This document shows, one piece after another, positions 40,463-51,810 of a DNA stretch of 64,000 bases. This DNA comes from Azolla caroliniana (taxonomy: Eukaryota > Plantae > Polypodiophyta): the NCBI GenBank assembly GCA_043228905.1, contig JBHGNT010000014.1, positions 15,252,001-15,316,000 on the forward strand, in the 5' to 3' direction. The notes beneath the pieces were generated by a model. It searched no databases. It saw nothing but the letters and a program-made list of their open reading frames with translations, and had not been told where the DNA came from. Every line of letters starts with the position of its first letter. Within the stretch, counting starts at the first letter, position 1. Position numbers and translations under genes: made by a program.

Positions 40463-41239
40463 TGTTGTGAAGATTTTCGACTACGGTGTGAAACTAAGAT
40501 GGGATGGGCAAGTCGGTGGTGTGCAACACGTGCACATGTACAATGTAAAATGGTGTATAGAATAAAGAGGGGAGGATTTATCCCACATTATAACGTCCCT
40601 CCCTCCTTGGGCTATAAAAGGAAGGGAGGGTCCCTTGTAAAGGGGTTGCCCATTTTGAGTTAGGAGGGTATACCACTTAGGTCGAAGGTGTGTTTGTTCT
40701 TCTTCTTCTTACTTTAGAATTTCTTGAGGTCTTCTTCTTCGTGCTTTTTTAGGGTTTAGTCCGGTGAAGAGCTCGTATGTCCTGCGGGGTTTGCTTCTGC
40801 TCGGTCTCCTGTGCAAGACCCCGCTCGGCGCGACGGGCCTGAGAGCTCCCCGATCGGCGGCTTGGCAACAGACTGTTGTTGTAACCTAACCTACCTTAGT
40901 CCGGCTCGAAGCCGGAGTTGTATCTTATTGTTGTACATATATAATGAAGCTCTGTGCATTTGTGTCTGTGTCTACGTCTTCAGAGTTTCTTCTTTCCTTT
41001 TCTATACATAAGTAGCGTGCGTTGAGTCGGTGTTGCACGTATTCTCTCTCTCTCCCCCCCCCCCCCCCCCCCCTCTCGTGTTCGATAGCCTCCGGTATGC
41101 TTCCGGAATCGTTCCGGTTTGCGCCATAGCCGGTGCAGCCGGGACCGGAGAGGGTCGGTCTCCCAACAACCATCTCTTCCTGGTCCTTGACCCCGGTGGT
41201 CCCGCCCGATCCAACACGTGCACACGGAATACCGCGACG
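40463..41239 (+). mobile_element. Solo LTR (same terminal family), copy 2
   Basis: Starts TGTTGTGAAGATTTTCG and ends GGAATACCGCGACG. TATAAAAG at ~40613. The 3' half is homologous to 62270-62470 (reverse). Flanked by ACGT and ACAT. Confidence 0.7.
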
Positions 41240-41346
41240 ACATGTTGGAAGGAGTCAATACGAGGAACATCCCATTCATATTCTTGATGTACCTCAGATA
41301 TTTACATTTATCTCAACTTTTGTTTTGATTTTTAAGCTTAGTTAGT

Positions 41347-41746
41347 TAGCTAATTAGCTATCTCAAAATATGATCATAGGTAAATAGTGATTGACAATAG
41401 CTAACTTAGCTATTATCAACTAATTAGCTACCACAATAACTAATTAGCTATCTCAGAATATGACCATAGCTAATTAGCTACCTCAGAATATGACCATAGC
41501 TAATTAACTACCACAATAGCTAATTAGCTATCTCAGAATATGACCATAGCTAACTAGCTACTGGTAATAGCTAAATAGTGTTTGACAATAGCTAACTAAC
41601 TATTGGTAATAGCTAAATAGCGTTTGACGATAGCTAAATTAGATATTATTAGCTAATTAGCTACCACAATAGTTAATTAGCTATCTCAGAATATGACCAT
41701 AGCTAATTAGCTACCACAATAGCTAATTAGCTACCTCAAAATATGA

Positions 41747-41749
<3 letters not shown>
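41347..41749. repeat. Minisatellite built on the palindrome TAGCTAATTAGCTA
   Basis: More than ten perfect or degenerate palindromic cores are joined by reused linkers (TCTCAGAATATGACCA, CCACAA, TTGGTAA, GTTTGACAA). A (CA)n run follows. Confidence 0.9.
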
Positions 41750-41782
<33 letters not shown>

Positions 41783-41784
<2 letters not shown>

Positions 41785-41992
41785 GTCACGATAGTTTGAA
41801 CCGAATATCTTTTTTCTTCCTCTCCCAAGAACCACAGAATATTCTAGAGCCTTTAGTATATTCTAGAAATATTCTATGGTGTATTCTAGACGGGTATATT
41901 CTAGAGATATTCAATCTCAGAACTTGTATAAATACTTATAACCTCCTTGGTTCCTTTCAAGGGATTCAACACCACTCATTGACACATTAATA
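41783..41992 (+). mobile_element. Tcn1-like LTR fragment cut by the Copia at 41993
   Basis: TTCTAGA repeats. CTTGTATAAATACTTA..CCTTGGTTCC..TCAAGG matches the TATA region of LTR 50408-50782 (reverse). Confidence 0.5.
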
Positions 41993-44324
41993 TGTTGGAA
42001 TTGCGGTCCCGTCGGATGGGATCTGGGAACCGGATCGGATGGATCCAAAAGGTATATGGTGGAAACCGGATCTTGGGACATATCTATAAATATGTTTCTG
42101 ATTTGCCTATCATGGATATATTTGTAAATAGTCCTAAAGTCATATAAGTATAAATATGACTTAGGGCAACCACTATGAAAGTTGTTGTTGTATGTTGTTG
42201 TTGAACATGTATATAGAGACAGAGAGTGAGTGCGTGAGATACAGAAAGCTTATCTGTTGTAACCGCCGGTTGGCGAAGATATAGGGCTCGAGGTCGTTGC
42301 CTCTGAGTCTCGCATTGTATCCTCTCCTTGTAGTGATAGTTGGAGTCAATGGGCTCCCGTGGTTTTTCCCTATTAGGGTTTTCCACATAAACATCTTGTG
42401 TCCTCTTTGTCGTCTGTGTAAGTGTTTTAATTTCCATTTCTGTTTTGTTCTTCCATTGAGTTTAAGACTCGGTTTTTGCCGATCGTTATTCCACACAAAC
42501 TAGTATTAGAGCGAATGACAGATGGAAGAATCATTTGGAAGCATGTTCAAGCTCACCGGCTCCAACTATCCAATGTGGAAGTCGAAGATGAGGGACATGC
42601 TTGTGGTCAAAGATCTCTGGCTGCCAGTACAGTTCGGGGACAAGAAACCGGATAAGATCGATGTCATGACGTGGGAGGTGATGCATATGAAGACGACGCC
42701 ATACATTAGATGCTTCATCGACATGAGCCAGTACAACAACTTTAATGAAGAAAGTAAGGCACATGTGCTTTGGGAGAAAATCGATACCATACTGGACAAC
42801 AAGAACGTTGTAAATTGGGTTTTGGTATTCCAGAAGTTAGTGAGACTCCGGTACCAAAAGAGATCTAGCATGGCGGAGCACATGAATGCATTCTAGGGTC
42901 TCATAAATCAAACAATCTCGTTGGAAGTACCTCTAGCCGACGAGGTACTTGCGTTGCTCTTGCTTGGTTCCCTCCCGGATAGTTGGGAGACGCTAGTTGT
43001 CACTTTGGGCAACGCCGGGCCAGAAGGAAAACAGTTGTCCCTAGCAAGGATAAAATCAAGCTTGCTAGATGAAGAAGCTCGCCGGAAGGACCGAGAGTTC
43101 GGAATCGATCCAAAGGCCTTGGTCACAGAAGATGACCAGAACCGGGGAAGAGGCCGGAATCAATGTCCCCAAAACCGGGACAAATCAGGGACGAGGTCAG
43201 AGTCGAGGAGGAAGCCCACTTGCTTTTATTGCGGAAAGCTGGGGCACTTCTAGAAGAATTTCTGACACTTCCGGAAAGCCAAAGGGGGAGCCGACATTTC
43301 GGAACAGAAGAAGATTTCGGAAAGGAGAGGAACGTCGATGATCATGACAAGCGAAGAAGAATTGTTGCTAATTACCGAGGAGAGTGAGCTGCATCTTGTC
43401 AGCAATGAGACGACATAGGTGGTCGACTCTAGAGCGTCGTTCCACCTGACGCCCGACCGGAAGTGCTTCTCATCGTACAGAGCCGAAGATCAGGGTTTTG
43501 TTAGGATGGGAAATGAAGGTGCATGCCGAATTGTCGGCATAGGAGATGTGTGGTTAACAACATCAACCGGGTGCAAGTTGCTGCTGAAGGATGTCCGACA
43601 CGTTCCAGAGGTTCGATTGAACCTGATATTGGTCGGTTAGCTAGATGATGAAGGCTATGCGAGTACCATCTGGAATGGAGTCATGAAATTTAACAAAGGA
43701 AGCTTGATCGTGGCCCGAGCTCGGAAGATCAACACATTGTACCTGATGCATGCCTAGATATGTCGGGAAGAAGTGAATGTGGCATTTGACACTGCTGATG
43801 AGTTGTGGCACAAGAGATTGTGTCTTATGAGCCATACGGGGATGTAGAGACTTGCTGAGGAAAACCTCATTCTGGAGATGAAGGACGTGCATCTTGAGAA
43901 GTGCACCGATTGCCTGACCATCAAGCAAAACCAAACCTCCTTTCGAACAAGACCACCGATGAGACGGAATGCACCACTAGAGTTGGTGCATACTGATGTG
44001 TGTCAAGTGGACACGAAGTCACATGCTGGATAGCAACACTTCGTGACATTCATAGACGACCATAGCTGGAAGCTGTGGGTTTCACCGTTGAAGACGGAGG
44101 ACCAAGTATTTTCTGTCTTCAAGGACTTTCACGTGAGACTGGAAAGGGAAACCGGCTGGAAGCTAAAGGCAATTCGAGCAGACAATGGAGGAGAATACCA
44201 GGGGCAGTTTGAGGAGTATTATTTGTCAAAGGGAATTCGGCTTGAATTCATTGTGTTGAAGATGTTGGGAGACAGGTCCCTCCGGATGGGAAGGGAGAAG
44301 AACAGTGCCGACGGCCGAAACGGT

Positions 44325-44540
44325 ATGAGGAGTACTCGGCTACGGAGAGTCGGATGATACAGACCCGGTGTGAACCGGATGAGGAGTACCCGGCTACGGA
44401 GAGCCGGATGATACAGACCCGGTGTGAACCGGATGAGGAGTACTCGGCTATGGAGAGCCGGATGGTGCAGGCCCGGTATGAACCGGATGAGGAGTACTCG
44501 GCTACGGAGAGCCGGATGGTGCAGGCCCGGTATGAACCGG
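44325..44540 (+). repeat. 54-bp tandem repeat x4 in U3 (also at 49199-49414)
   Basis: GAGGAGTAC(C/T)CGGCTACGGAGAGCCGGATG...GAACCGGAT at 44327, 44381, 44435 and 44489. Confidence 0.92.
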
Positions 44541-45049
44541 AGGAAGAGACATATTCGTAAATATGTTTCTGAGAGCCCATTGTGGCTATATTTGTAAATA
44601 GCCGAAAAGTCATATTAGTATAAATATGACTTAGGGCAAACTAATATTGGGTGGTTGGTTGTTATTCTTCCTTGTTGGTGCAAGAAGAAGATAGAGTGCG
44701 TAACTGTACAGAGAGAGAGAGAGAGAGAGACGAGGTCGTTGCCTCTGTTGTAACCGCCGCCTGTGGCGAAGATTTGTGAGCATGAGGTCGGTGCCTCAGT
44801 GAACTCACTGTTTTTGTACATTCATACATAGTGATAGTTTGCAGCCTGTGGGCTGCCGTGGTTTTTCCCCTAGCTTGGGGTTTTCCACGTAAACCTCCTG
44901 TGTACCTCTTCTCTCCTTTTGTGTCGCGTGTTTTTTTTTTGGGTTTCCTGTTTTCTGTGTAAGTAAAGAATCTCGGTTGTGGCCGAGCGTGGGACATAAG
45001 GAACGTTGGGTTCCCGTCAAGTGGTATCAGAGCGAAATCGACACAGAAA

Positions 45050-48000
45050 ATGGACGAATCGTTTGGCAGCATATTCAAGCTCACCGGCTCCAACTATTCA
45101 GTGTGGAAGTCGAAGATGAGGGACATGCTCGTTGTTAAAGACCTCTGGCTGCCGGTTCAGTTCGGGGACAAGAGACCGGACAAAATCGACGCCGCGATAT
45201 GGGAGGTGATGCACATGAAGACAACGGCGTACATACGGTGCTTCATCGACATGAGCCTGTACAACAACTTCAATGAAGAGAGCAAGGCTCATGAGCTCTG
45301 GGAGAAGATCGACATAATGTTTCAAAACAAAAATGCTGTTAATCAGGTTTCGGTATTCCGGAAGCTAGTAAGACTCCGGTACCAAGATGGCTCCAGCATG
45401 GCGGAGCATATGAATGCCTTCCAGGGGCTGATACACCAGGCAACGTCATTGGAAGTACCCCTTGCCGACGAGGTACTAGCGCTACTCCTGCTCGGTTCCC
45501 TCCCGGATAGCTGGGAGACGTTGGTTGTCACTTTGGGCAACGCCGGGCCGGAAGGAAAACGGTTATCCCTAGCAAGAGTAAAGTCGAGCTTGCTAGATGA
45601 GGAGGCGCGTCGGAAAGACAAAGATACGAGCTCCGACTCCAAAGCGCTCCTTACCGAATCGGAACGCGGAAGACATAGAAACCGTAGTCCCCAGAACCGG
45701 GACAAGTCGGGGACACGGTCAAAGTCAAGGGGGAGGCCTACTTGCTTCTATTGCGGCAAGCCGGGACACTTCCGAAAGAACTGTCGGCATTTCCGTAAAG
45801 ACAAGGAAACCGACGGTACCGATTCGAAGCAAACCCCGGACCGGAACGGTAAAGACCGAAACGGTAAAGACCGAAACGGTGAAGACCGGAGGGGGCCGGA
45901 CTGGAAGGGAACGACGACAATCGCGGCAAGTGAAGAAGAGTTGATGCTCATCACCGAGGAGAGTGAGATAAACCTTGCCGGCGACGAGATGACCTGGGTG
46001 GTAGACTCCGGAGCGTCGTTCCACCTTACCCCGGACCGGAAATGCTTCTCATCCTACTCAGCCGGTGATCACGGTTGTGTCCGGATGGGGAATGAAGGAA
46101 CATGCCGAATTGTCGGCATAGGAGACGTGTGGCTGACAACACCAACCGGATGCAAGTTGCTGCTGAAGGATGTCAGACACGTTCCAGAGGTTCGTCTGAA
46201 CCTAATATCAGCCGGTCGGCTAGATGATGAAGCCTACACGGGTAGCATCCGGAACGGTGTCATGAAGTTCAGCAAAGGGAGCCTGATTGTGGCTCGGGCC
46301 CGAAAGGTCAACACACTGTACCTGATGAATGCCCGGTTATGCCCGGAAGAAGTGAACGTGGCATCCGACACTGCCCGTGAGATCTGGCACAAAAGGCTGT
46401 GTCACATGAGCGAGAAGGGGATGAAGAGGCTTGCAGACGACAACCTCATTCCAGTGAAGAACGTGCACTTAGAGAAGTGCACGGATTGTCTGGCCGGTAA
46501 GCAGAACCGGACCTCCTTCCGACCAAGGCCACCGATGAGACGTAATGCACCACTGGAGTTGGTGCATACGGATGTGTGTCAAGTAGACACGAAGTCACAT
46601 GCCGGAGCGCAGTACTTCGTGACGTTCATAGATGACCACAGCCGGAAGCTGTGGGCCACACCACTGAAGACGAAGGATCAGGTGCTATCCGTCTTCAAAG
46701 AGCTCCACGCGAGAGTGGAAAGAGAAACCGGCCGGAAGTTGAAGGCGGTTCGAGCAGACAACGGAGGAGAATACCGGGGGCAGTTCAAGGAGTACTGCCG
46801 CTCGAAGGGAATCCGACTCGAATTTACCGTGCCGAAGACGCCGGAACTAAACGGACTGGCCGAGAGGATGAACCGGACCATAATGGAGAGGGTCCGGAGT
46901 ATGCTAGCGCATGCAAAACTACCCAAGAAGTTTTGGGCTGAGGCATTGTTGACGGCGACATATGTGATAAACAGATCACCCTCAGTACCCTTGGACGGAG
47001 ACACGCCACAGAGAGTATGGACCGGTAAGGAAGTGTCCTACGGGCATCTGAGGGTGTTCGGGTGTCTCGCATACGTGCATGTTGCAAAGGACCAGAGAGG
47101 AAAGTTAGATCCAAAGACCTGGCCATGCATATTCCTCGGTTACGGTGACGATGAGTTCGGCTACCGAGTGTGGGACCCGGTCGACAAGAAGGTATTCTGG
47201 AGTCGAGATATTATCTTCATGGAGGACAAGACGCTCGTCGACTGGGAGTCGGAGAAGAAGATAATGAACTCCGAGTCGACCGGTAAGGATAGACTCTACG
47301 ATGAGCAGACCCAACCGGAAAGAGACCGGTTAGCACTCGAGGAACCAGCCGGTTACGGTGAGGATACCGAACTGGCAGAAGAAGAAGTAGAGGAAGCTGA
47401 GACCGGAACCGGCCAAGACCCCGAATCGGATTCGGATGAAGAGCAAATGGAGGAGCCGGTTACCGAAGCCCGAAGACGTAGATATCCTCTCAGAGAGAGA
47501 AGGGCGCCCCGGAGATTTCCGGATGCAGAGCATGTTCTGCTGACCGATGAGGGGGAGCCGGAAAGCTTCGAAGAAGCGAAGGAAGACACCCACAACCGAA
47601 AATAGTTAAGTGCCATGCAGGACGAGATGGATTCCCTGCATGAGAACCATACGTACGAATTGGTGGAGTTGCTGAAAGGAAAGCGGGCACTCCGAAACAA
47701 ATGGGTGTACAAGTTGAAACCGGGAGATGCCGGCAACCCCCCGAGATACAAAGCCAGGATCGTGGTGAAGGGGTTCCAACAGAAGAAGGGTGTGGACTTC
47801 AACGAGATATTTGCCCTGGTAGTAAAGATGACCTCCATCTAGACGGTGTTGAGTATAGCCGCAAGCATGGACCTCGAGGTAGAGCAGCTGGACGTGAAGA
47901 CGACATTCCTTCACGGCGACCTCGAAAAGGAGATCTACATGCAGCAACCGGAAGGATTTGTGGAGAAAAGGAAGGAGCACCTGGTATGCCGGTTGAAGAA

Positions 48001-49126
48001 GAGCCTATACGGACTGAAGTAGGCTCCCCGGCAATGGTACCGGAAGTTCGACTCCTTCATGACCGATCAAGGGTACCACAAAACGCAGGCCGATCACTGC
48101 GTGTTTGTGAAGAAGTTCAAAGGAGGGGACTTCCTAATACTCCTCCTATACGTGGATGACATGTTGATCGTCGGACGTGACCAAGTCAAAATACGGATGT
48201 TGAAGAAGGCTCTAAACTGGACCTTCTCAATGAAAGACTTGGGTCCGGCAAGACAGATGTTGGGGATGCACATCATTCGGGACCGGTTAAAGAAGCAACT
48301 ATGGCTGTCACAGGAGAAGTATGTGACAAAGGTGCTTCACCGGTTCAACATGTCAGAAGCGAAACCGGTCGGATCGACACTTCCGGCAAACTGCAGGCTA
48401 TCCGGCAAGCAAAGCCCGAAGACGAAAGCAGAGAAGGCGGATATGATGAAGATTCCATATGCCTCTGCCGTCGGGAGCTTGATGTACGCTATGGTGTGTA
48501 CCCGACCGGATATAGGATACGCAGTCGGAGTGGTGAGCCGTTTCATGAGTAATCCCGGCAAGGAGCACTGGAACGCAGTCAAATGGATACTCCGGTACTT
48601 GAAGGGCACTTCAAATATGTGTCTCCGATTCGGCTCCGGAAAACCTCAACTGGACGGTTTCACCGATTCGGACATGTCGGCTGATGTGGATACCAGCCGG
48701 TCTACATCCGGGTATGTAATGACATATGCAGGGGGAGCTGTTTCATGGCAGTCGAGGCTGCAGAAGACGGTTGCATTGTCAACCACGGAGGCGGAGTACA
48801 TGGCAGCTGTGGAAGCCGGCAAGGAAATCTTATGGATGAAGGACTTCATCGGTGAGCTCGATATACGACAAGAGGAATACCGACTCTATTGCGATAGTCA
48901 AAGTGCCATCCACCTTGCTAAGAATGCGGCCTACCATTCCCGGACGAAGCATATCCAGCGGAGGTATCACTGGATCCGGGAAAGAGTAGATGACCAGGAG
49001 TTCGCACTGACGAAGATCCACACGGCCGAGAACGGGTCAGATATGCTGACCAAAGTGTTGACACCCGACAAGCTGGATGCATGCCGTAAGAGAATCGGAC
49101 TGGTAAGACACCCCATGCCGGAGTGA
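45050..49126 (+). pseudogene. Copia gag-pol in a single frame with three in-frame TAG stops
   Basis: Motifs: CFYCGKPGHFRKNC, WVVDSGASFH, WHKRLCHMS, HTDVC, RADNGGEY, KARIVVKGF, YVDDML and TKHIQRRYH. Stops at ~47603, ~47840 and ~48020. Confidence 0.92.
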
Positions 49127-50407
49127 AGGGGGAGTTTGTTGGGAGACAGGTCCCTCCGGATGGGAAGGGAGAAGAACAGTGCCGACGGCCGAAATGGTAT
49201 GAGGAGTACCCGGCTACGGAGAGCCGGATGATACAGACCTGGTGTGAACCGGATGAGGAGTACCCGGCTACGGAGAGCCGGATGATACAGACCCGGTGTG
49301 AACCGGATGAGGAGTACTCGGCTACGGAGAGCCGGATGGTGCAGGCCCGGTATGAACCGGATGAGGAGTACCCGGCTACGGAGAGCCGGATGGTGCAGGC
49401 CCGGTATGAACCGGAGGAAGAGACATATTCGTAAATATGTTTCTGAGAGCCCATTGTGGCTATATTTGTAAATAGCCGAAAAGTCATATTAGTATAAATA
49501 TGACTTAGGGCAAACTAATATTGGGTGGTTGGTTGTTATTCTTCCTTGTTGGTGCAAGAAGAAGATAGAGTGCGTAACTGTACAGAGAGAGAGAGAGAGA
49601 GACGAGGTCGTTGCCTCTGTTGTAACCGCCGCCTGTGGCGAAGATTTGTGAGCATGAGGTCGGTGCCTCAGTGAACTCACTGTTTTTGTACATTCATACA
49701 TAGTGATAGTTTGCAGCCTGTGGGCTGCCGTGGTTTTTCCCCTAGCTTGGGGTTTTCCACGTAAACCTCCTGTGTACCTCTTCTCTCCTTTTGTGTCACG
49801 TGTTTTTTTTTTGGGTTTCCTATTTTCTGTGTAAGTAAAGAATCTCGGTTGTGGCCGAGCGTGGGACATAAGGAACGTTGGGTTCCCGTCAGAAGACATC
49901 GTAACTGAATGGGCTGGCCGAGAGAATGAATAGGACTGTGATGGAGAGAGTCCGGAGCATGCTAGCACATGCAAAGTTACCCAAGACGTTTTGGGCTGAG
50001 GCGTTGATGACAGTGACCTATGTGATAAACAGATCACCCTCAGCACCCTTGGAAGGAGACACACCATAGAGAGTATGGACTGGTAAAGACATGTCTTACC
50101 GGCATCTGAAGGTGTTTTGTTGTCTCGCTTACGTGCATGTTGCAAAGGACAAGAGAGTGAGATTGGATCCGAAGTCCCGGCCATGCATATTCCTTGGATA
50201 CGACAACGATGAGTTCGGATACCGAGTGTGGGACTTGGTCGACCAGAAGGTGTTCCGGAGTCGAAACATAGTCTTCATAGAAGAGAAGACTATTGCCGAC
50301 TGGGAGTTGAAGAAGAAGATAGAGGACAACGGGTCAACTGGCAGAGATTGGTCGGAAGATACAAGGACCCATCCGGCTGAAAAATGGATGACATTCGAAG
50401 AACCAAC

Positions 50408-50782
50408 TGTCACGAACAAGTATAATAGAGCAAAGCAAAGACAAGACTGGAACACAAGAGAGAGGAAAAGAACAAGAACTGAACTTATAGAATCTGTAAC
50501 TGTTGTTGTTCACCTTGATTAGAATCAAGGTGCACCTAAGTATTTATACAAGAAGGTAGGGCTATGTAAGCCAACTAGAAATAGAGTATGCATGAGGATG
50601 CATGCAATAGAGAATGCATGAGAATGTGTGCAAGCTAGAAACTTCCAATGTTTAATCTACACTACATGAAGTTGGATTTAATATAAGGATGCATGTGTAG
50701 CTCAATTGGTAGGGTTCCTCAATAGAGACCATGATGTCTTGGGTTCAATCCCTACCTTCCTCTGTGGCATATGTCTATAACA
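50408..50782 (-). repeat. 3' LTR of the Gypsy, with an antisense tRNA-like module
   Basis: Reads TGTTA..TGACA on the minus strand. A-box TAGCTCAATTGG at 50698 and B-box GGTTCAATCC at 50742 on the plus strand. Hairpin CACCTTGATT-AG-AATCAAGGTG next to the TATA. Confidence 0.8.
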
Positions 50783-51810
50783 TTATCCTTCCTCTAAGGT
50801 CGTCGGCCTCCTAACACCCACGGCCGGTTTATGAGAGTATCGTTGATGAAAAGCGCGAATTGCCTCTGGCGCATTTTGTAAATGTGTAACTGGTTCCCAT
50901 GTGGCATCCGAAAGAGGGTAACCTTTCCATAAGACCAAGTATTGAAATCTTCAGCGACGTAAGCGGGAGTCGGGAATACGGTGAACCTCGTACTCCTCAC
51001 CTGTCAATATTCCAGGGCGGCGACGGCGGAGGTTGTTGTCCCGGAATGCGAGAAGGATGGTAGGGTTCGAGGAGAGAGACGTGGAAAACATTGTGAAGCC
51101 GAAATGTGGGGGGAAACACTAACCGGAAGGCGATTGCGTTAATGCGCTCGAGGATACGGAAGGGGCCTAGCTTTCTGTAGTTGAGCTTCGCGCAGGGACG
51201 AGTGGTTGTGATGTGGCAACGTAGAAGCCAAACCATGTTACCGACTGCGAAGGTCGGTCAGTGTGAGCTTTATATTGTTTGCCAACGGCACGGAGCTCGA
51301 GGGAGAGGTCACGATGGACATCCTGTAAGGTGTGGGCATGCCTCTCGGTCGATGGATTGACGGAAGTCTCCGAAATGGAAATGCTGAAACGAGGGTGGAA
51401 ACCGTAGTTTGCAAAGAATGGGGAAACCTTATTTGAGGCATGGATACTATTAATGTAGGTAAATTCCGCCATGGCAAGGAACTCCACCCAATCATCTTAT
51501 TGGTAGCTGACTATACACTAGAGGTATTGTTCGAGGATTTAGTTGACTCTTTCAGTTTGGCCATCAGTTTGAGGGTGGTGCGCGGTAGACAAGTTCACAG
51601 AAGTGTCGAATGTTTGTAGAAGTCGGCACCAAAAGTGGGAGATAAATTGAGGACCTCGATCAGAAGTGACATCCTTAGGGAAGCCATGTAATCAGACGAC
51701 ATTTTTCAGAAAAAGGTAAGTTGTCTCCTCCCCCGAAATGGTTTTTGAACATGGGACAAAGTGAGCCATCTTTGAAAACCGATCGATGACCACTAGCACC
51801 GTGTCATGGA

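Larger units (their letters stand above)
39423..41297 (+). pseudogene. Unclassified, possibly transposase-like ORF split by two solo LTRs
   Basis: Removing the two LTRs and collapsing the three 4-bp target copies to one ACGT restores the frame ...IFWTNESKVSPNKKDLCRK-R-VGRSQYEEHPIHILDVPQ. The product identity is inference only. Confidence 0.5.
44263..49891 (+). mobile_element. Young full-length Ty1/Copia (Tnt1/Tork-like) retrotransposon
   Basis: LTRs at 44263-45019 and 49137-49891 differ by 8 substitutions and one GA unit. PBS-iMet TGGTATCAGAGC at 45022; PPT GAAGGGGGAG at 49125; perfect TSD GAAGA. Confidence 0.97.
41993..50407 (+). mobile_element. Older Copia element, 3'-truncated; host of a nested same-family copy
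   Basis: 5' LTR at 41993-42497 (TG..CA), decayed PBS TAGTATTAGAGC at 42501, gag MEESFGSMFKLTGSNY from 42522. Integrase is interrupted at 44262, resumes at 49897 and is cut at 50407 by a Gypsy LTR. Confidence 0.88.

Noticed and set aside
41347-41749. CRISPR-like array of palindromic repeats with spacers
   Set aside because: The linkers are short and reused, there are no cas genes, and the context is eukaryotic.
50698-50760. Functional tRNA genes at the A/B-box modules (also 27318, 39072, 39987, 62716)
   Set aside because: Acceptor and anticodon stems do not pair convincingly, and all lie inside LTR-like repeats.
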